Counted from the first letter of the stretch, positions 26,988 through 35,850 are shown. The stretch: 64,000 bases of DNA from Pirellulales bacterium (GCA_044376405.1 JBILKZ010000003.1:4895-68894), one strand, 5' to 3'. Made by a program: numbers and translations. Notes: a model not told the origin generated them from the letters alone.

Positions 26988-28070
26988 TCATGCGGCCGTG
27001 GCACCAGGCAACGGCATGGTGTCGCTGCCGGTCGCGCCACCGGGCTCGGCGGGCGTGAGGCCGACGAGATCGACGATGTCGAGCAGTCCGACGGGGCGAC
27101 CGTCGGCATCGACCACAGGCAGTTCGCTCAGCCGACGTGACTCGAGCACCGCCACGGCATCCCGCAGCCGCGCTCCCGCCGTCACCGCCGTGGGCAGGCT
27201 GGTCATCACACCGCGGATCGGTCCATCGATGGCGACGTCGTTGCGGCGTTCGAAGAGCCGGGCCAGATCGCTGTCGGTGAATATGCCGGCCAGCATGCCG
27301 GCGTCGTCGATGATCATCACGGCGCCGGTTCGCCGCGACGGCAGCGGCTGCGAGAACACGGTCCGCACCGTTTCCTCCGGTCGGGCCGTCCGGCACTGCG
27401 AGAGCGGCCGCATCGCGTCGTCGACCCGCATCAACTGTCTGCCCAGGCTGCCCCCGGGATGCCGGGCTGCGAAGTCCTCGTGTGTGAAGCGGCGCAGGCT
27501 GCTCGTGACCAACGCCAGGCTATCGCCCAGCGCCAATAGGATTGACGTGCTCGTGCTGGGTGCCAGGCCGAGCACGCATGCCTCGCGGACAGGGCCGGTG
27601 GCCACCACGACCTCCGCCGCGCGGCCGAGCGTGCTGTCGACCCTGCCGGTGAGAGCGATGATCTTCACGCCCGCAGCCGCGAGGTGCGGCAGGAGCCGTG
27701 TGATCTCCTCCGTCTCGCCCGACTGTGAAAGCCCGAGCACGACGTCGTCGCGGCGCAACACGCCGAGGTCGCCGTGCATCGCCTCGGCCGGATGGAGAAA
27801 GTGGCTGGGTGTGCCGGTGGAGGCGAGCGTGGCCGAGATCTTCTGGGCGACGAGTCCCGCCTTGCCGATGCCCGTGACGACGACCTTGCCGCTGCAGCCT
27901 GCGATCATCCGCACAGCCCTACAGAACGACGCGTCAAGCGCAGCGGCCATCCGCAGGACGGCGTCTCCCTCGGCGCGGAGAATCTCACGGCCGTGGTCGA
28001 GCACGTCGGCGTCGGAGGGCTCCAACTGGGAGCTTCGTTCATCGATCGGAAGCGACGAGGGCGCAGTCAT
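26988..28070 (-). CDS. kdsD: arabinose-5-phosphate isomerase (SIS + tandem CBS, KdsD/KpsF family)
   Basis: GKVVVTGIGKAGLVAQKISATLASTGTPSHFLHPAEAMHGDLG, followed by two CBS-like repeats. Confidence 0.9.
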   Translation of the reverse strand: MTAPSSLPIDERSSQLEPSDADVLDHGREILRAEGDAVLRMAAALDASFCRAVRMIAGCSGKVVVTGIGKAGLVAQKISATLASTGTPSHFLHPAEAMHGDLGVLRRDDVVLGLSQSGETEEITRLLPHLAAAGVKIIALTGRVDSTLGRAAEVVVATGPVREACVLGLAPSTSTSILLALGDSLALVTSSLRRFTHEDFAARHPGGSLGRQLMRVDDAMRPLSQCRTARPEETVRTVFSQPLPSRRTGAVMIIDDAGMLAGIFTDSDLARLFERRNDVAIDGPIRGVMTSLPTAVTAGARLRDAVAVLESRRLSELPVVDADGRPVGLLDIVDLVGLTPAEPGGATGSDTMPLPGATAA

Positions 28071-28200
28071 GGTGGAGTCCAGCCGAGGGCGTGCGCGCGG
28101 AACCGCCGCGCGGGGGCGGGACTATAGGCCGACTGGGCAAACGCCGCAACGCGTGTTTTTCCGAGCGCGGCGAGTCAGCAATGATACGGAACACGCCGAG

Positions 28201-28315
28201 CGGGTGGCCCGGACACGCTCCGCTCGCTTCGGCGGCTCCTCGGTGAACTCTCCAGCCACGGTTCCGCCATGGGCTCGGAGGCGCCTGAGGCTCGCTTCGG
28301 TGTCCGGGCCACCCG
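28201..28315. other. perfect 16-bp inverted repeat enclosing an 83-nt GC-rich interior
   Basis: CGGGTGGCCCGGACAC (28201-28216) pairs with GTGTCCGGGCCACCCG (28300-28315). The interior holds two copies of CTCGCTTCGG. It lies in the 307-nt gap between the fba stop and the kdsD start. Confidence 0.6.
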
Positions 28316-28377
28316 CCCTGGTCCACGGTGGGTTTGACCGCTTGGCAGCACGATGTCGTGTTTGCGAGAAGACAGCC

Positions 28378-29421
28378 TCACGCTTTCGCGTATCGCTTCG
28401 CCATCTCGTCGAGTGTGACCACCGGCACCTTGCGGGCGTTGCCGGCCTGGCCAAACTGCACCATCCGCTCCGCGCAGACCTTCTTCATCGCCTCGCGGGC
28501 CGGCTTGAGATAGTCACGGGGATCGAACTTATCCGGGCTCTCCCAGAGCACCTTGCGGACGGCACCGGTGATCGCCATACGGCAGTCGGTGTCGACGTTG
28601 ATCTTCCGCACGCCGTGCTTGATGCCTCGCTGGATCTCCTCGACGGGCACGCCCCAGGTCTGCGGCATCTTGCCGCCAAACTTGTTGATGATGTCCTGCA
28701 GTTCCTGCGGCACGCTCGACGAGCCGTGCATCACGAGGTGGCAGTTGGGAAGCCGCCGGTGGATCTCCTCGATCTGCTTCATCGCCAGCACCTCGCCGTC
28801 GGGCTTGCGAGTGAACTTGTACGCGCCGTGGCTGGTGCCGATGGCGACGGCCAACGCGTCGACGCCCGTGTCGGCCACGAACGAGGCGGCCTCAGCGGGA
28901 TCGGTGAGCAGCTGATCGTGCGAGAGCTGCCCCTCGGCGCCGTGGCCGTCCTCCGCCTCACCGTGGCCGCTCTCCAGCGAACCGAGGCAGCCAAGCTCAC
29001 CCTCCACCGACACGCCTCGCGCGTGGGCCATCTTCACGACGTCCTTCGTCACCTTGACGTTGTAGTCGTAATCGGCCGGCGTCTTGCCATCCTCCTTGAG
29101 CGACCCGTCCATCATCACACTGGTGAAACCGTTGTCGATTGCGCTCACGCACGTGGCAGTCGAGTTGCCATGGTCCTGGTGCATCGCGATGGGGATCCAC
29201 GGATAGAGCTCGGCGGCGGCGAGCATCAGGTGGCGGAGGTAGTTGTCCTGGCTAAAGCTCCGGGCACCGCGGGACGCCTGCACGATCACCGGCGACTCCG
29301 TCTCCTTGGCCGCCTCCATGATCGACTGGATCTGCTCCATGTTGTTGACGTTGAAGGCGGCGATGCCATACCCGTTCTCGGCGGCGTGATCGAGCAGGAT
29401 GCGCATGGGAACGAGCGGCAT
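28378..29421 (-). CDS. fba: fructose-bisphosphate aldolase, class II
   Basis: [56 protein letters not shown] ... MHQDHGNS ... HGSSSVP. The start is moved to the internal ATG. Confidence 0.93.
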   Translation of the reverse strand: MPLVPMRILLDHAAENGYGIAAFNVNNMEQIQSIMEAAKETESPVIVQASRGARSFSQDNYLRHLMLAAAELYPWIPIAMHQDHGNSTATCVSAIDNGFTSVMMDGSLKEDGKTPADYDYNVKVTKDVVKMAHARGVSVEGELGCLGSLESGHGEAEDGHGAEGQLSHDQLLTDPAEAASFVADTGVDALAVAIGTSHGAYKFTRKPDGEVLAMKQIEEIHRRLPNCHLVMHGSSSVPQELQDIINKFGGKMPQTWGVPVEEIQRGIKHGVRKINVDTDCRMAITGAVRKVLWESPDKFDPRDYLKPAREAMKKVCAERMVQFGQAGNARKVPVVTLDEMAKRYAKA

Positions 29422-29567
29422 GGGAGTGTCTCCGATGGTGGGCGGGAAGGTCTGGACTGGTGGGAGCCGCAGGTCGGCCCCAGATCGATCGAACGAGATC
29501 ATACGGAAAAAACAGACGTGGTAGAATCCCCGCAGCACGACCGCCCAGACTGCCGGATGCAGCACGC

Positions 29568-29993
29568 ATGGACCTCCGCCCCACCACCGATCCGATCCGG
29601 AGCTTTCTCTACGTCGCCGGGGGCTGGCTCTGCGTGGGGCTGGCCGTGGTGGGGGCTGTGCTCCCCCTCGTTCCGACGACCCCTTTCCTGCTGCTGGCCA
29701 GCTGGTGCTTCTACCGCGGCTCGCCCCGTATTCATGCCTGGCTGCATCGCTCCAAGTTGTTTGGCCCCACGCTCGATGATTGGCAGCACTACCACGGCAT
29801 CCGGCAGACGATGAAGCGACGCGCGATTCTGATGGTGGCTGCCGTCGTCGGCTGCAGCCTGCTGCTCAACAGCCTGCCCTGGTGGCTGCGGTATCTCGCG
29901 CTGGCCGCCGTGGCGATCGGACTCTACGTGATCTGGACGGTTCCCACGCTGCCCGACGACGCGCCCCGCGCCCCCCGCACGAGCGTGGAGTGA
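29568..29993 (+). CDS. DUF454 (YbaN-like) inner-membrane protein
   Basis: [30 protein letters not shown] matches the YbaN signature. The start is moved to the internal ATG (MDLRPTTDP). Confidence 0.75.
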   Translation: MDLRPTTDPIRSFLYVAGGWLCVGLAVVGAVLPLVPTTPFLLLASWCFYRGSPRIHAWLHRSKLFGPTLDDWQHYHGIRQTMKRRAILMVAAVVGCSLLLNSLPWWLRYLALAAVAIGLYVIWTVPTLPDDAPRAPRTSVE

Positions 29994-30017
29994 TGGCCTG
30001 CGTTTGCGAGCGCCGCA

Positions 30018-31502
30018 CTAATGCTCCACACCCGACTCCGGCTCGGGGAGCCAGTGGGTGAGGATTGCGCCAACCAGCGCGTAGGCCCCGGCCACGCCTG
30101 CGCCCACCAGCGCGATCCGCACCGGGTCGGGCGGCGTCGCGGCAGAGAGCGTGAGCGTGAGCCAGGCGGCGGCCGTGCCGAGCACGCGGCCACCGATGTT
30201 CGCGGCAAAGCTCTCGCCCGTGCCGCGGAGATGAGTGGGGAAGACGAGCGGGATGTAGTTGCCCCAGAAGCTGAACTGCGACACGGTGAACAGGCCGGCC
30301 ACGAAGATGCCCGCCTTGATCAGCGGCAGCGAACCAGCGTTCGGCAGTTGCGTCGAGATCCACCAGAAGAGCGCCGGCACAAGCAGGAGCGCCGGCAGCT
30401 GGAAGACCCGCAGCAGCAGCCTGCGGCTGGCGATCCGCAGCGCCGCGAAAGCCAGGAGCACGCGGCCCACCAAACCACCGATTTCCTGATAGATCGTGAC
30501 GCCAGCAACCGCCTCGTCGGTGGCGTTTCCAGCGATGCTCTTCAGCCGTCCGGGAGCCACGGTTTCCCCCTTCGCCTTCGCCGCGGCGATCGCCTCCTCC
30601 TGCGCTTCCTTCGCCGTGGCGAGAATCGCGGCGTGCCCCTTCGGCCCGCCGAGGATTTGGGGCAGCTGCTGGATCGCGCCGAAGGCGATGCCGTAGCTCG
30701 CGGCGAAGACCAGCGTCGTCACCAACGTGGCGCGGACGAGCGCGGGGCTGAACAGTTCGCGGATGCTGGGCCGCTTGAGCGTGCCAGCCGCCTTCTTCTG
30801 GGCCCACACGGGGCTCTCGGGCAGGAACGGCCGGATGAGGATCAGCGGCAGGGCTGGGATGACACCGGAGATGAGCGTGTACCGCCAGGCCTCGTGATCG
30901 CCGTGGATCGCGGGCAGTGCCAGCGCGAACTTCGCCGCGAGAATGTTGGCCACACCCACGAGCAGCCCGCCGAGCGAGGAGAACGCCTGCGTCCAGCCGA
31001 GCGCACTCTCCCGCTGCCGCGCATCGGGAAACAGTTCGGCAAGCCATGCCACCGCGGCCACGAATTCCACGCACACGCCGATGAACACGAGGCAGCGGAA
31101 AAAGAGCAGCTGCGGCAGCGACGTGGCAAAGCCCGCCGCCAGCGCCGCGAACGCGTAGAGCAGGATGCTGAACGTGAGCACCCGCCGCCTCCCCAGCAGG
31201 TCGGTGAGGTAGCCGCCCAGCAGACCGAAGACGCCGCCGGCGATCGCGGGAACGAAGAATAGCGCCCGGGCCCACTTCGTGTATTCGGGCGACCCTGGCA
31301 CGAGCAGCGGCACGCCCGCAGCCGTCGCGCCTCCCAGCGCCGCGAGCGCTGGCTTGATCACCAGCGGCAGCATCAGCAGTTCGTAGATGTCAAACGCAAA
31401 ACCGATCGCCGCGATGGCGCAGACGAGCCATCCGGTCGTCGACAGCCGGCCTGATGCGGTGAGCCCGCTCATGCGGGCAGAAGAGTCGTGAGGCGCGGCC
31501 AT
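30018..31502 (-). CDS. MFS transporter
   Basis: 494 aa with about 12 hydrophobic segments and the MFS loop motif GYLTDLLGRRRVL. Confidence 0.85.
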   Translation of the reverse strand: MAAPHDSSARMSGLTASGRLSTTGWLVCAIAAIGFAFDIYELLMLPLVIKPALAALGGATAAGVPLLVPGSPEYTKWARALFFVPAIAGGVFGLLGGYLTDLLGRRRVLTFSILLYAFAALAAGFATSLPQLLFFRCLVFIGVCVEFVAAVAWLAELFPDARQRESALGWTQAFSSLGGLLVGVANILAAKFALALPAIHGDHEAWRYTLISGVIPALPLILIRPFLPESPVWAQKKAAGTLKRPSIRELFSPALVRATLVTTLVFAASYGIAFGAIQQLPQILGGPKGHAAILATAKEAQEEAIAAAKAKGETVAPGRLKSIAGNATDEAVAGVTIYQEIGGLVGRVLLAFAALRIASRRLLLRVFQLPALLLVPALFWWISTQLPNAGSLPLIKAGIFVAGLFTVSQFSFWGNYIPLVFPTHLRGTGESFAANIGGRVLGTAAAWLTLTLSAATPPDPVRIALVGAGVAGAYALVGAILTHWLPEPESGVEH

Positions 31503-31594
31503 GCGGCGAACTCCATGGAGAACAGAAAACGAAGGAAGCCGATCAGGCCCAAAAGCCTATCGGCAAACCTTCGCGCGGAGAAATCGGGCCGATC

Positions 31595-32068
31595 TCACGG
31601 GCCGATCGACGGCGGGCACTTGGCGAGGAAGTCGCGAGGGCCACGGGTCGTGTAGTAGGGATAGGCGACGGCACCGGTGGGCGGGCCGGCTGGCCCGGTC
31701 GCGCCGTAGTTGGAAGCTTCGAGGGCAGCCTCTTCCTCGGGGCTCAGGTGATGCTTGGCCAGGCCACCGTAACGGCCAACGTGCCGCTTGTGGCAGGCTC
31801 CGTCTTCGCAGTCCCCACCCTGGCATGCGCCACCCTTGCAGCCGCCCGTCGGGCAAACGCCGCCCTGACAGGCACCGCTTTCACAGGCGCCATCCTGACA
31901 GGCGCCATCCTGACACGCACCGTCTTGGCATGCCCCGCCACCTGCATGCCGAGCCTGATGGGCGTAGGGGCCATCGAAGTTGGCGAGGAAGAGGCGATCG
32001 ATGATCGAACAGCCGCTCGACATGCCGAACACGGCGATCAACAGGACAAAGCTGGCAGAGCGTTTCAT
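31595..32068 (-). CDS. lipoprotein with Cys-every-fifth-residue repeat
   Basis: The start is moved to the ATG giving MKRSASFVLLIAVFGMSSGC (lipobox-like). It is followed by GGGACQDGACQDGACQDGACESGACQGGVCPTGGCKGGACQGGDCEDGAC and the C-terminal tail AVAYPYYTTRGPRDFLAKCPP. Confidence 0.6.
   Translation of the reverse strand: MKRSASFVLLIAVFGMSSGCSIIDRLFLANFDGPYAHQARHAGGGACQDGACQDGACQDGACESGACQGGVCPTGGCKGGACQGGDCEDGACHKRHVGRYGGLAKHHLSPEEEAALEASNYGATGPAGPPTGAVAYPYYTTRGPRDFLAKCPPSIGP
31793..31942 (-). repeat. 15-bp periodic coding repeat (G-x-C-x-x units)
   Basis: Ten Cys residues at strict 5-residue spacing. The nucleotide units are near-identical in the centre (ggcgccatcctgaca twice on the plus strand). 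Confidence 0.85.
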
Positions 32069-32239
32069 GGGCGAATTTTCCCGAGGGGCGGGGACGGTCG
32101 GCGGCAAACCACTGCCGGACTCCATCGCGATCACCAACGGTATCGGTCGTGCCGGCCGCACCAGTTGAAAAAACTCTGCGGGCGTGAAGCCAGGCAAGAT
32201 GGGCGGCGTTGCCGGCCCGGACGTCGTGTTTTTCGTGAA

Positions 32240-33574
32240 TCAGCCGTTATAGCGGCCGACGATCAGCGAGATGTTCTGCCCGCCGAAGCCGAAACTGTTG
32301 GAGAGCGCCTGATCGCACTTGCCTGCGCGGGCCTTGTTCGGCACGTAATCCAGGTCGCAATCGGGATCGGGATTCTCATAGTTGATCGTGGGCGGCAGCA
32401 TGCCGTCACGGATCGCCAGCAGGCAGACGATCAGTTCGGTGGCTCCCGCCGCCGCGATCAGATGCCCCATCATGCTCTTCGTGCTGGAGACAGGAATCTT
32501 GTAGGCATGCTCGCCAAACACATTCTTGATCGCGAGCGTCTCGACACGGTCGTTCACGCTCGTGCTCGTGCCGTGGGCGTTGATGTAATGGATGTCGTGG
32601 AGGCCCAGGCCCGCGTCGGCGAGTGCCAGGCGGATGCACGACGATGCTCCCCGGCCTTCGGGATGCGTGTCGGTGATCCGATAGGCATCAGCAGTCGAGC
32701 CGTAGCCGATCAGTTCCCCATGGATGTGGGCACCGCGTCTCTTCGCGTGTTCGAGTTCTTCCAACACCACCATGGCCGCTCCCTCGCCGAGCACGAAGCC
32801 GTCGCGCTCATTGTCGAACGGCCGGCTGGCCCGCGCGGGCTCGTCGTTGCGGGTGGAGAGGGCAGTGAGCAGGTTGAACCCGGTCACGCCGAAGGGATGG
32901 ATCATGCTGTGCGTGCCGCCGGAGAGCATCACGTCAGCCTCACCCCGGCGGACAATCTCAGTCGCCTCGCCGATCGCCTGGCTCGAAGCCGCGCAGGCCG
33001 TGAGACAGTTGAGGTTGGGCCCCTGCGCGTCGAACAGTCCCGCGAGGTGGCCGGCGGGCATGTTCGGTTCCTGCTCCACCTCCGCGAGCGGATGGAGCGT
33101 CTCCAGTCCTTCTTTCGTGAACTTCGCCACGTCGAGCACGTCGCCCGTGATCGCCGCATTCATCATGCGAGTGAAGGAGTCGAAGTCCTGCTGCCCTTCG
33201 CCGCTGCCCAGGTAAACGCCCAGTCGCGTTGGATCGGCGGGCAGACCGTGCGGCAGGCCGGCATCCTTCATCGCCTGCAGGGCCGCCCCCGCCGCGAATT
33301 TCGTGTGACGCCCGCAGAATCGCCAGCGGGCTGCGTCCTGGCCCTCGTCGCTGATGTCCCAATTGCGGACCTCGGCGGAAATCTTGGTCGGGAATCGCGA
33401 GGCGTCGAACACGGTTGTCGGGCCCACCCCCGACGCGCCCGCCATCAGGTTTTTCCAGAGCGGCTCCACGCCCAAGCCTAGCGGCGTGACGCAGCCAATG
33501 CCCGTGATCACCACCCTGCGCCTGCCGGCCACCATCGCCGCCCTCCGCTCACCACTGGAGTCTGTCGGGATCAT
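32240..33574 (-). CDS. fabF: beta-ketoacyl-ACP synthase II-like (KAS II)
   Basis: VVITGIGCVTPLG, active-site CLTACAASSQAIG, and NAHGTSTS and SSTKSMMGHLIAAAG (Cys-His-His triad). The ATG at 33574 shares one base with the upstream TGA (TGATG) and has GGAG a few nt upstream. The ORF track starts at a GTG at 33580. Confidence 0.9.
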   Translation of the reverse strand: MIPTDSSGERRAAMVAGRRRVVITGIGCVTPLGLGVEPLWKNLMAGASGVGPTTVFDASRFPTKISAEVRNWDISDEGQDAARWRFCGRHTKFAAGAALQAMKDAGLPHGLPADPTRLGVYLGSGEGQQDFDSFTRMMNAAITGDVLDVAKFTKEGLETLHPLAEVEQEPNMPAGHLAGLFDAQGPNLNCLTACAASSQAIGEATEIVRRGEADVMLSGGTHSMIHPFGVTGFNLLTALSTRNDEPARASRPFDNERDGFVLGEGAAMVVLEELEHAKRRGAHIHGELIGYGSTADAYRITDTHPEGRGASSCIRLALADAGLGLHDIHYINAHGTSTSVNDRVETLAIKNVFGEHAYKIPVSSTKSMMGHLIAAAGATELIVCLLAIRDGMLPPTINYENPDPDCDLDYVPNKARAGKCDQALSNSFGFGGQNISLIVGRYNG

Positions 33575-34074
33575 CACCACTCCGGCCGCACGAGCCGATT
33601 GCCCGCTTCGTCGCGACCGACATCATAGATATGCATCTGGTCGAGCCACCGCAGCAACTCGTGGGGTTCGAACAGCTTCGGCACCCCTTCGCCCGGCTCG
33701 AGATGGGCAAAGAACAATTCCGCCTGGCCCTGCACCTTGTCGCCCACCGTGCTGGTCACCTTCGTCAGTGAACCGGTCGGTTTCAGGTCAAGGATCTCGG
33801 CACGAAAACGGATCGAATCGCCCGGCACGGCATCGAATTGAAACTCTGCCTGAGCCACCTTCGCGAGCACGACCCGTCGATTGTAGTCGATCGCATCGGC
33901 CACAAGCAGGCCCGCGGTCTGCGCCATGCCTTCCACGATCAGCGAGTTTGGCATCAGTGCCGCACCAGGAAAGTGGTCGTGCATGTGCTCCTCTGCGAGA
34001 GACACATTCTTGACGGCAGTGGCGTGACGGGCCCGCACGAACTCGTCGAACCTGTCGATCCAAAACCAGCGCAT
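33574..34074 (-). CDS. FabZ/FabA-like hotdog-fold dehydratase
   Basis: MRWFWIDRFDEF...AEEHMHDHFPGAALMPNSLIVEGMAQTAGLL (catalytic His context). The start is moved to the internal ATG. Confidence 0.8.
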   Translation of the reverse strand: MRWFWIDRFDEFVRARHATAVKNVSLAEEHMHDHFPGAALMPNSLIVEGMAQTAGLLVADAIDYNRRVVLAKVAQAEFQFDAVPGDSIRFRAEILDLKPTGSLTKVTSTVGDKVQGQAELFFAHLEPGEGVPKLFEPHELLRWLDQMHIYDVGRDEAGNRLVRPEW

Positions 34075-34129
34075 AGGAGGGAAGGCCGGCAGCGAGGCCG
34101 TGTTTCCTGGGGACGTGACAGCAGAAAAT

Positions 34130-34516
34130 TCAGGCAGCCAGCTTGCTCTGCACGTAGCGAACCATGTCCTCGACGGTGAGGGTGTTCGCAAAGTTCTGCA
34201 CGCTGGGATTCTGCTCGAACTTGGCGAGATCGGCGAAAGGCATCCGCGACTTGAGCGTCGCGATGCCCTTCGCGTTCACCTTGCCGTCGACGACATACTC
34301 GGAGCTGGAGAGAACGTCTTCTGGAAAGAGTTCCCCGCGGGAGATCTTGATGCCAAACGCCTTCTCGAGGCGGAAGACGATGTCGAGGAAGTCGATCGAC
34401 TCGGCACCGAGATCGCCCACCATGGTCGCGTTCGGGGAGACATCCTCCTCGTCGACGCCCAGTGCGTCTACGAGTGCAGACCTGACCTTTTCGAAAATTT
34501 CATCGCGCGACGGCAT
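34130..34516 (-). CDS. acyl carrier protein with about 50-aa C-terminal extension
   Basis: The phosphopantetheine-site context is MVGDLGAESIDFLDIVFRLEKAFGI. At 128 aa it is longer than a canonical roughly 80-aa AcpP. The start is taken at the ATG (MPSRDEIFEKV). Confidence 0.8.
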   Translation of the reverse strand: MPSRDEIFEKVRSALVDALGVDEEDVSPNATMVGDLGAESIDFLDIVFRLEKAFGIKISRGELFPEDVLSSSEYVVDGKVNAKGIATLKSRMPFADLAKFEQNPSVQNFANTLTVEDMVRYVQSKLAA

Positions 34517-34708
34517 CGACGTGGCACCTTGCAAACGGGGAGAAAAAACCTAACCGACATTCGAAGGTTTTAGTGTCGGCCCGCCTTCAAGGGAACCCGA
34601 ATCCTATTTTTTTGGATTCCACGGCCAAAACCGGCAGGAGACTCGGCCGTGAAAGGCCTGCGAAAATCCACCAGGGCACGAAAATACCCGCAGACCGGCC
34701 GTCATCAC

Positions 34709-35320
34709 TCACGTACCGGCCGCGGCCGGGGATGCCAGCAGACCGGAATCACTGGCCCCTGAAACGCCAGAACCTGAAACACCAGAACCCTGCGCCTGCA
34801 TGGCACTCGGGCCGCCATAGGCGACCCGCCGGCCGCCGTCCAACTGCCGGGACGCCGGGTGGAGAATCGACCAGAGCTTCCTCATCTCCGCCCGCACGCG
34901 GGTGTCGACCGCGTCACCGTAGGGAATCCGGTCGGCCATGTTGTAGCGCTCCAGCACCAACCGGGCAGTGAGACTGGTGCGTTCTCCCACCTTCCCACTT
35001 GCCTTGACCTTCACGAATGGTCCGTCCTGCGACTGGATCTCAGCCGTGACGGTGAGCACCTTGCCCGGCTCGACGAAATCGCCGTATTTCACGTTCCTGG
35101 CCTCCCGCAGCACCACGATGCTGTGGGCAAAATCCTCGCCCAAGCGGATGGCCCAGGCGGCCGCCTGCGTCATCGATTCCAGCATCAGCACGCCGGGCAT
35201 GACCGGAAAGCAGGGAAAATGGTCGGCCAGATATTCCTCGGAGAGGGAGAGCGTCTTGATAGCCGTGATGCTCTTACCGGGCTCGATGGCCGTGACACGA
35301 TCAAGCAGAGTGAAACGCAT
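34709..35320 (-). CDS. FabZ-like hotdog-fold dehydratase with Gly/Ser-rich C-terminal tail
   Basis: MRFTLLDRVTAIEPGKSITAIKTLSLSEEYLADHFPCFPVMPGVLMLESMTQAAAW. The 125-codon N-terminal extension in the ORF track is rejected. Confidence 0.8.
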   Translation of the reverse strand: MRFTLLDRVTAIEPGKSITAIKTLSLSEEYLADHFPCFPVMPGVLMLESMTQAAAWAIRLGEDFAHSIVVLREARNVKYGDFVEPGKVLTVTAEIQSQDGPFVKVKASGKVGERTSLTARLVLERYNMADRIPYGDAVDTRVRAEMRKLWSILHPASRQLDGGRRVAYGGPSAMQAQGSGVSGSGVSGASDSGLLASPAAAGT

Positions 35321-35754
35321 GGCGACTCCATTCAAATCCTCGATGCACGCAGTATAGGAAATCAGCGCTGGCCCACAACCGCCGGGAATACGCCGCACAA
35401 TCGTTTTCACAAAACTGCCACGCTGACAGCCGCTCCAGACCGCACAGCCCCGAAGTTCTGCCACGCCACAGCCGGAGCCGTGGCCAGTCGGGGTTAAAGT
35501 CTTGTTTTTTGCGGCATTCCCCGCTTGTCGGCCATTCGGCCGCATCCGCCTTCCGGTTCGGCACGCTCTTTGCATTTCTCGTTTCGCGTGTCGGTGATTT
35601 GTTTGCAGGTGATTTGTTTTTGTCCGCCTTCGCTGCGAATGATTCAGCAGTTCAGCGTGCTGCGCGACAACAGGCGTCACACCGCAGAGCTGCATCGTTC
35701 CAGGGATGGCGGGCGAAACATCGTGCCACTGGGTTCCATGCCTCAGTTTTCCAT

Positions 35755-35773
35755 ACCTCAGACGTTCTGAGGT
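35755..35773. promoter_or_regulatory. perfect palindrome ACCTCAGA-CGT-TCTGAGGT upstream of the first hsp20
   Basis: Arms are 8 bp with a 3-nt spacer. CCTCAG occurs at 35741 and 35756, and CTGAG at 35767, 35778, 35790 and 35802 (11-12 nt phasing). Confidence 0.5.
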
Positions 35774-35850
35774 TTATCTGAGGCTCTGCCTGAGACTCTG
35801 TCTGAGTTTCTTGGTTCTTCCTTTGCCCTTCCCTTCCCGAGGAGCATGTC

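Noticed and set aside
28201-28315. Long imperfect hairpin of about 115 nt considered as a small SRP (4.5S) RNA or another known housekeeping ncRNA.
   Set aside because: Neither strand shows the conserved SRP domain IV sequence (the GGAA tetraloop flanked by the ...AGGUCCGGAAGGAAGCAGC... type motif). I kept it only as an unclassified structured element.
26998-29814. Very long ORFs antisense to well-supported genes. Examples are 26998..29814, 50788..53337, 8092..10275, 13841..15574, 1780..3201, 25307..26947, 30021..31262, 41693..43051, 60924..62384, 5021..6121 and 31748..33481.
   Set aside because: They are typical high-GC shadow ORFs. They overlap genes with clear family motifs on the other strand, have Arg/Pro/Gly/Ala-dominated composition and carry no recognisable motifs.
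35713-35728. Sigma54-like promoter on the minus strand (TGGCACGATGTTTCGC), a possible target of the NtrC-type regulator in the window.
   Set aside because: The GC of the -12 element is displaced by one nt relative to TGGCAC-N5-TTGC, and the site is about 390 nt from the nearest minus-strand start (35320). Other TGGCAC occurrences I saw lie inside CDSs or lack the -12 element.
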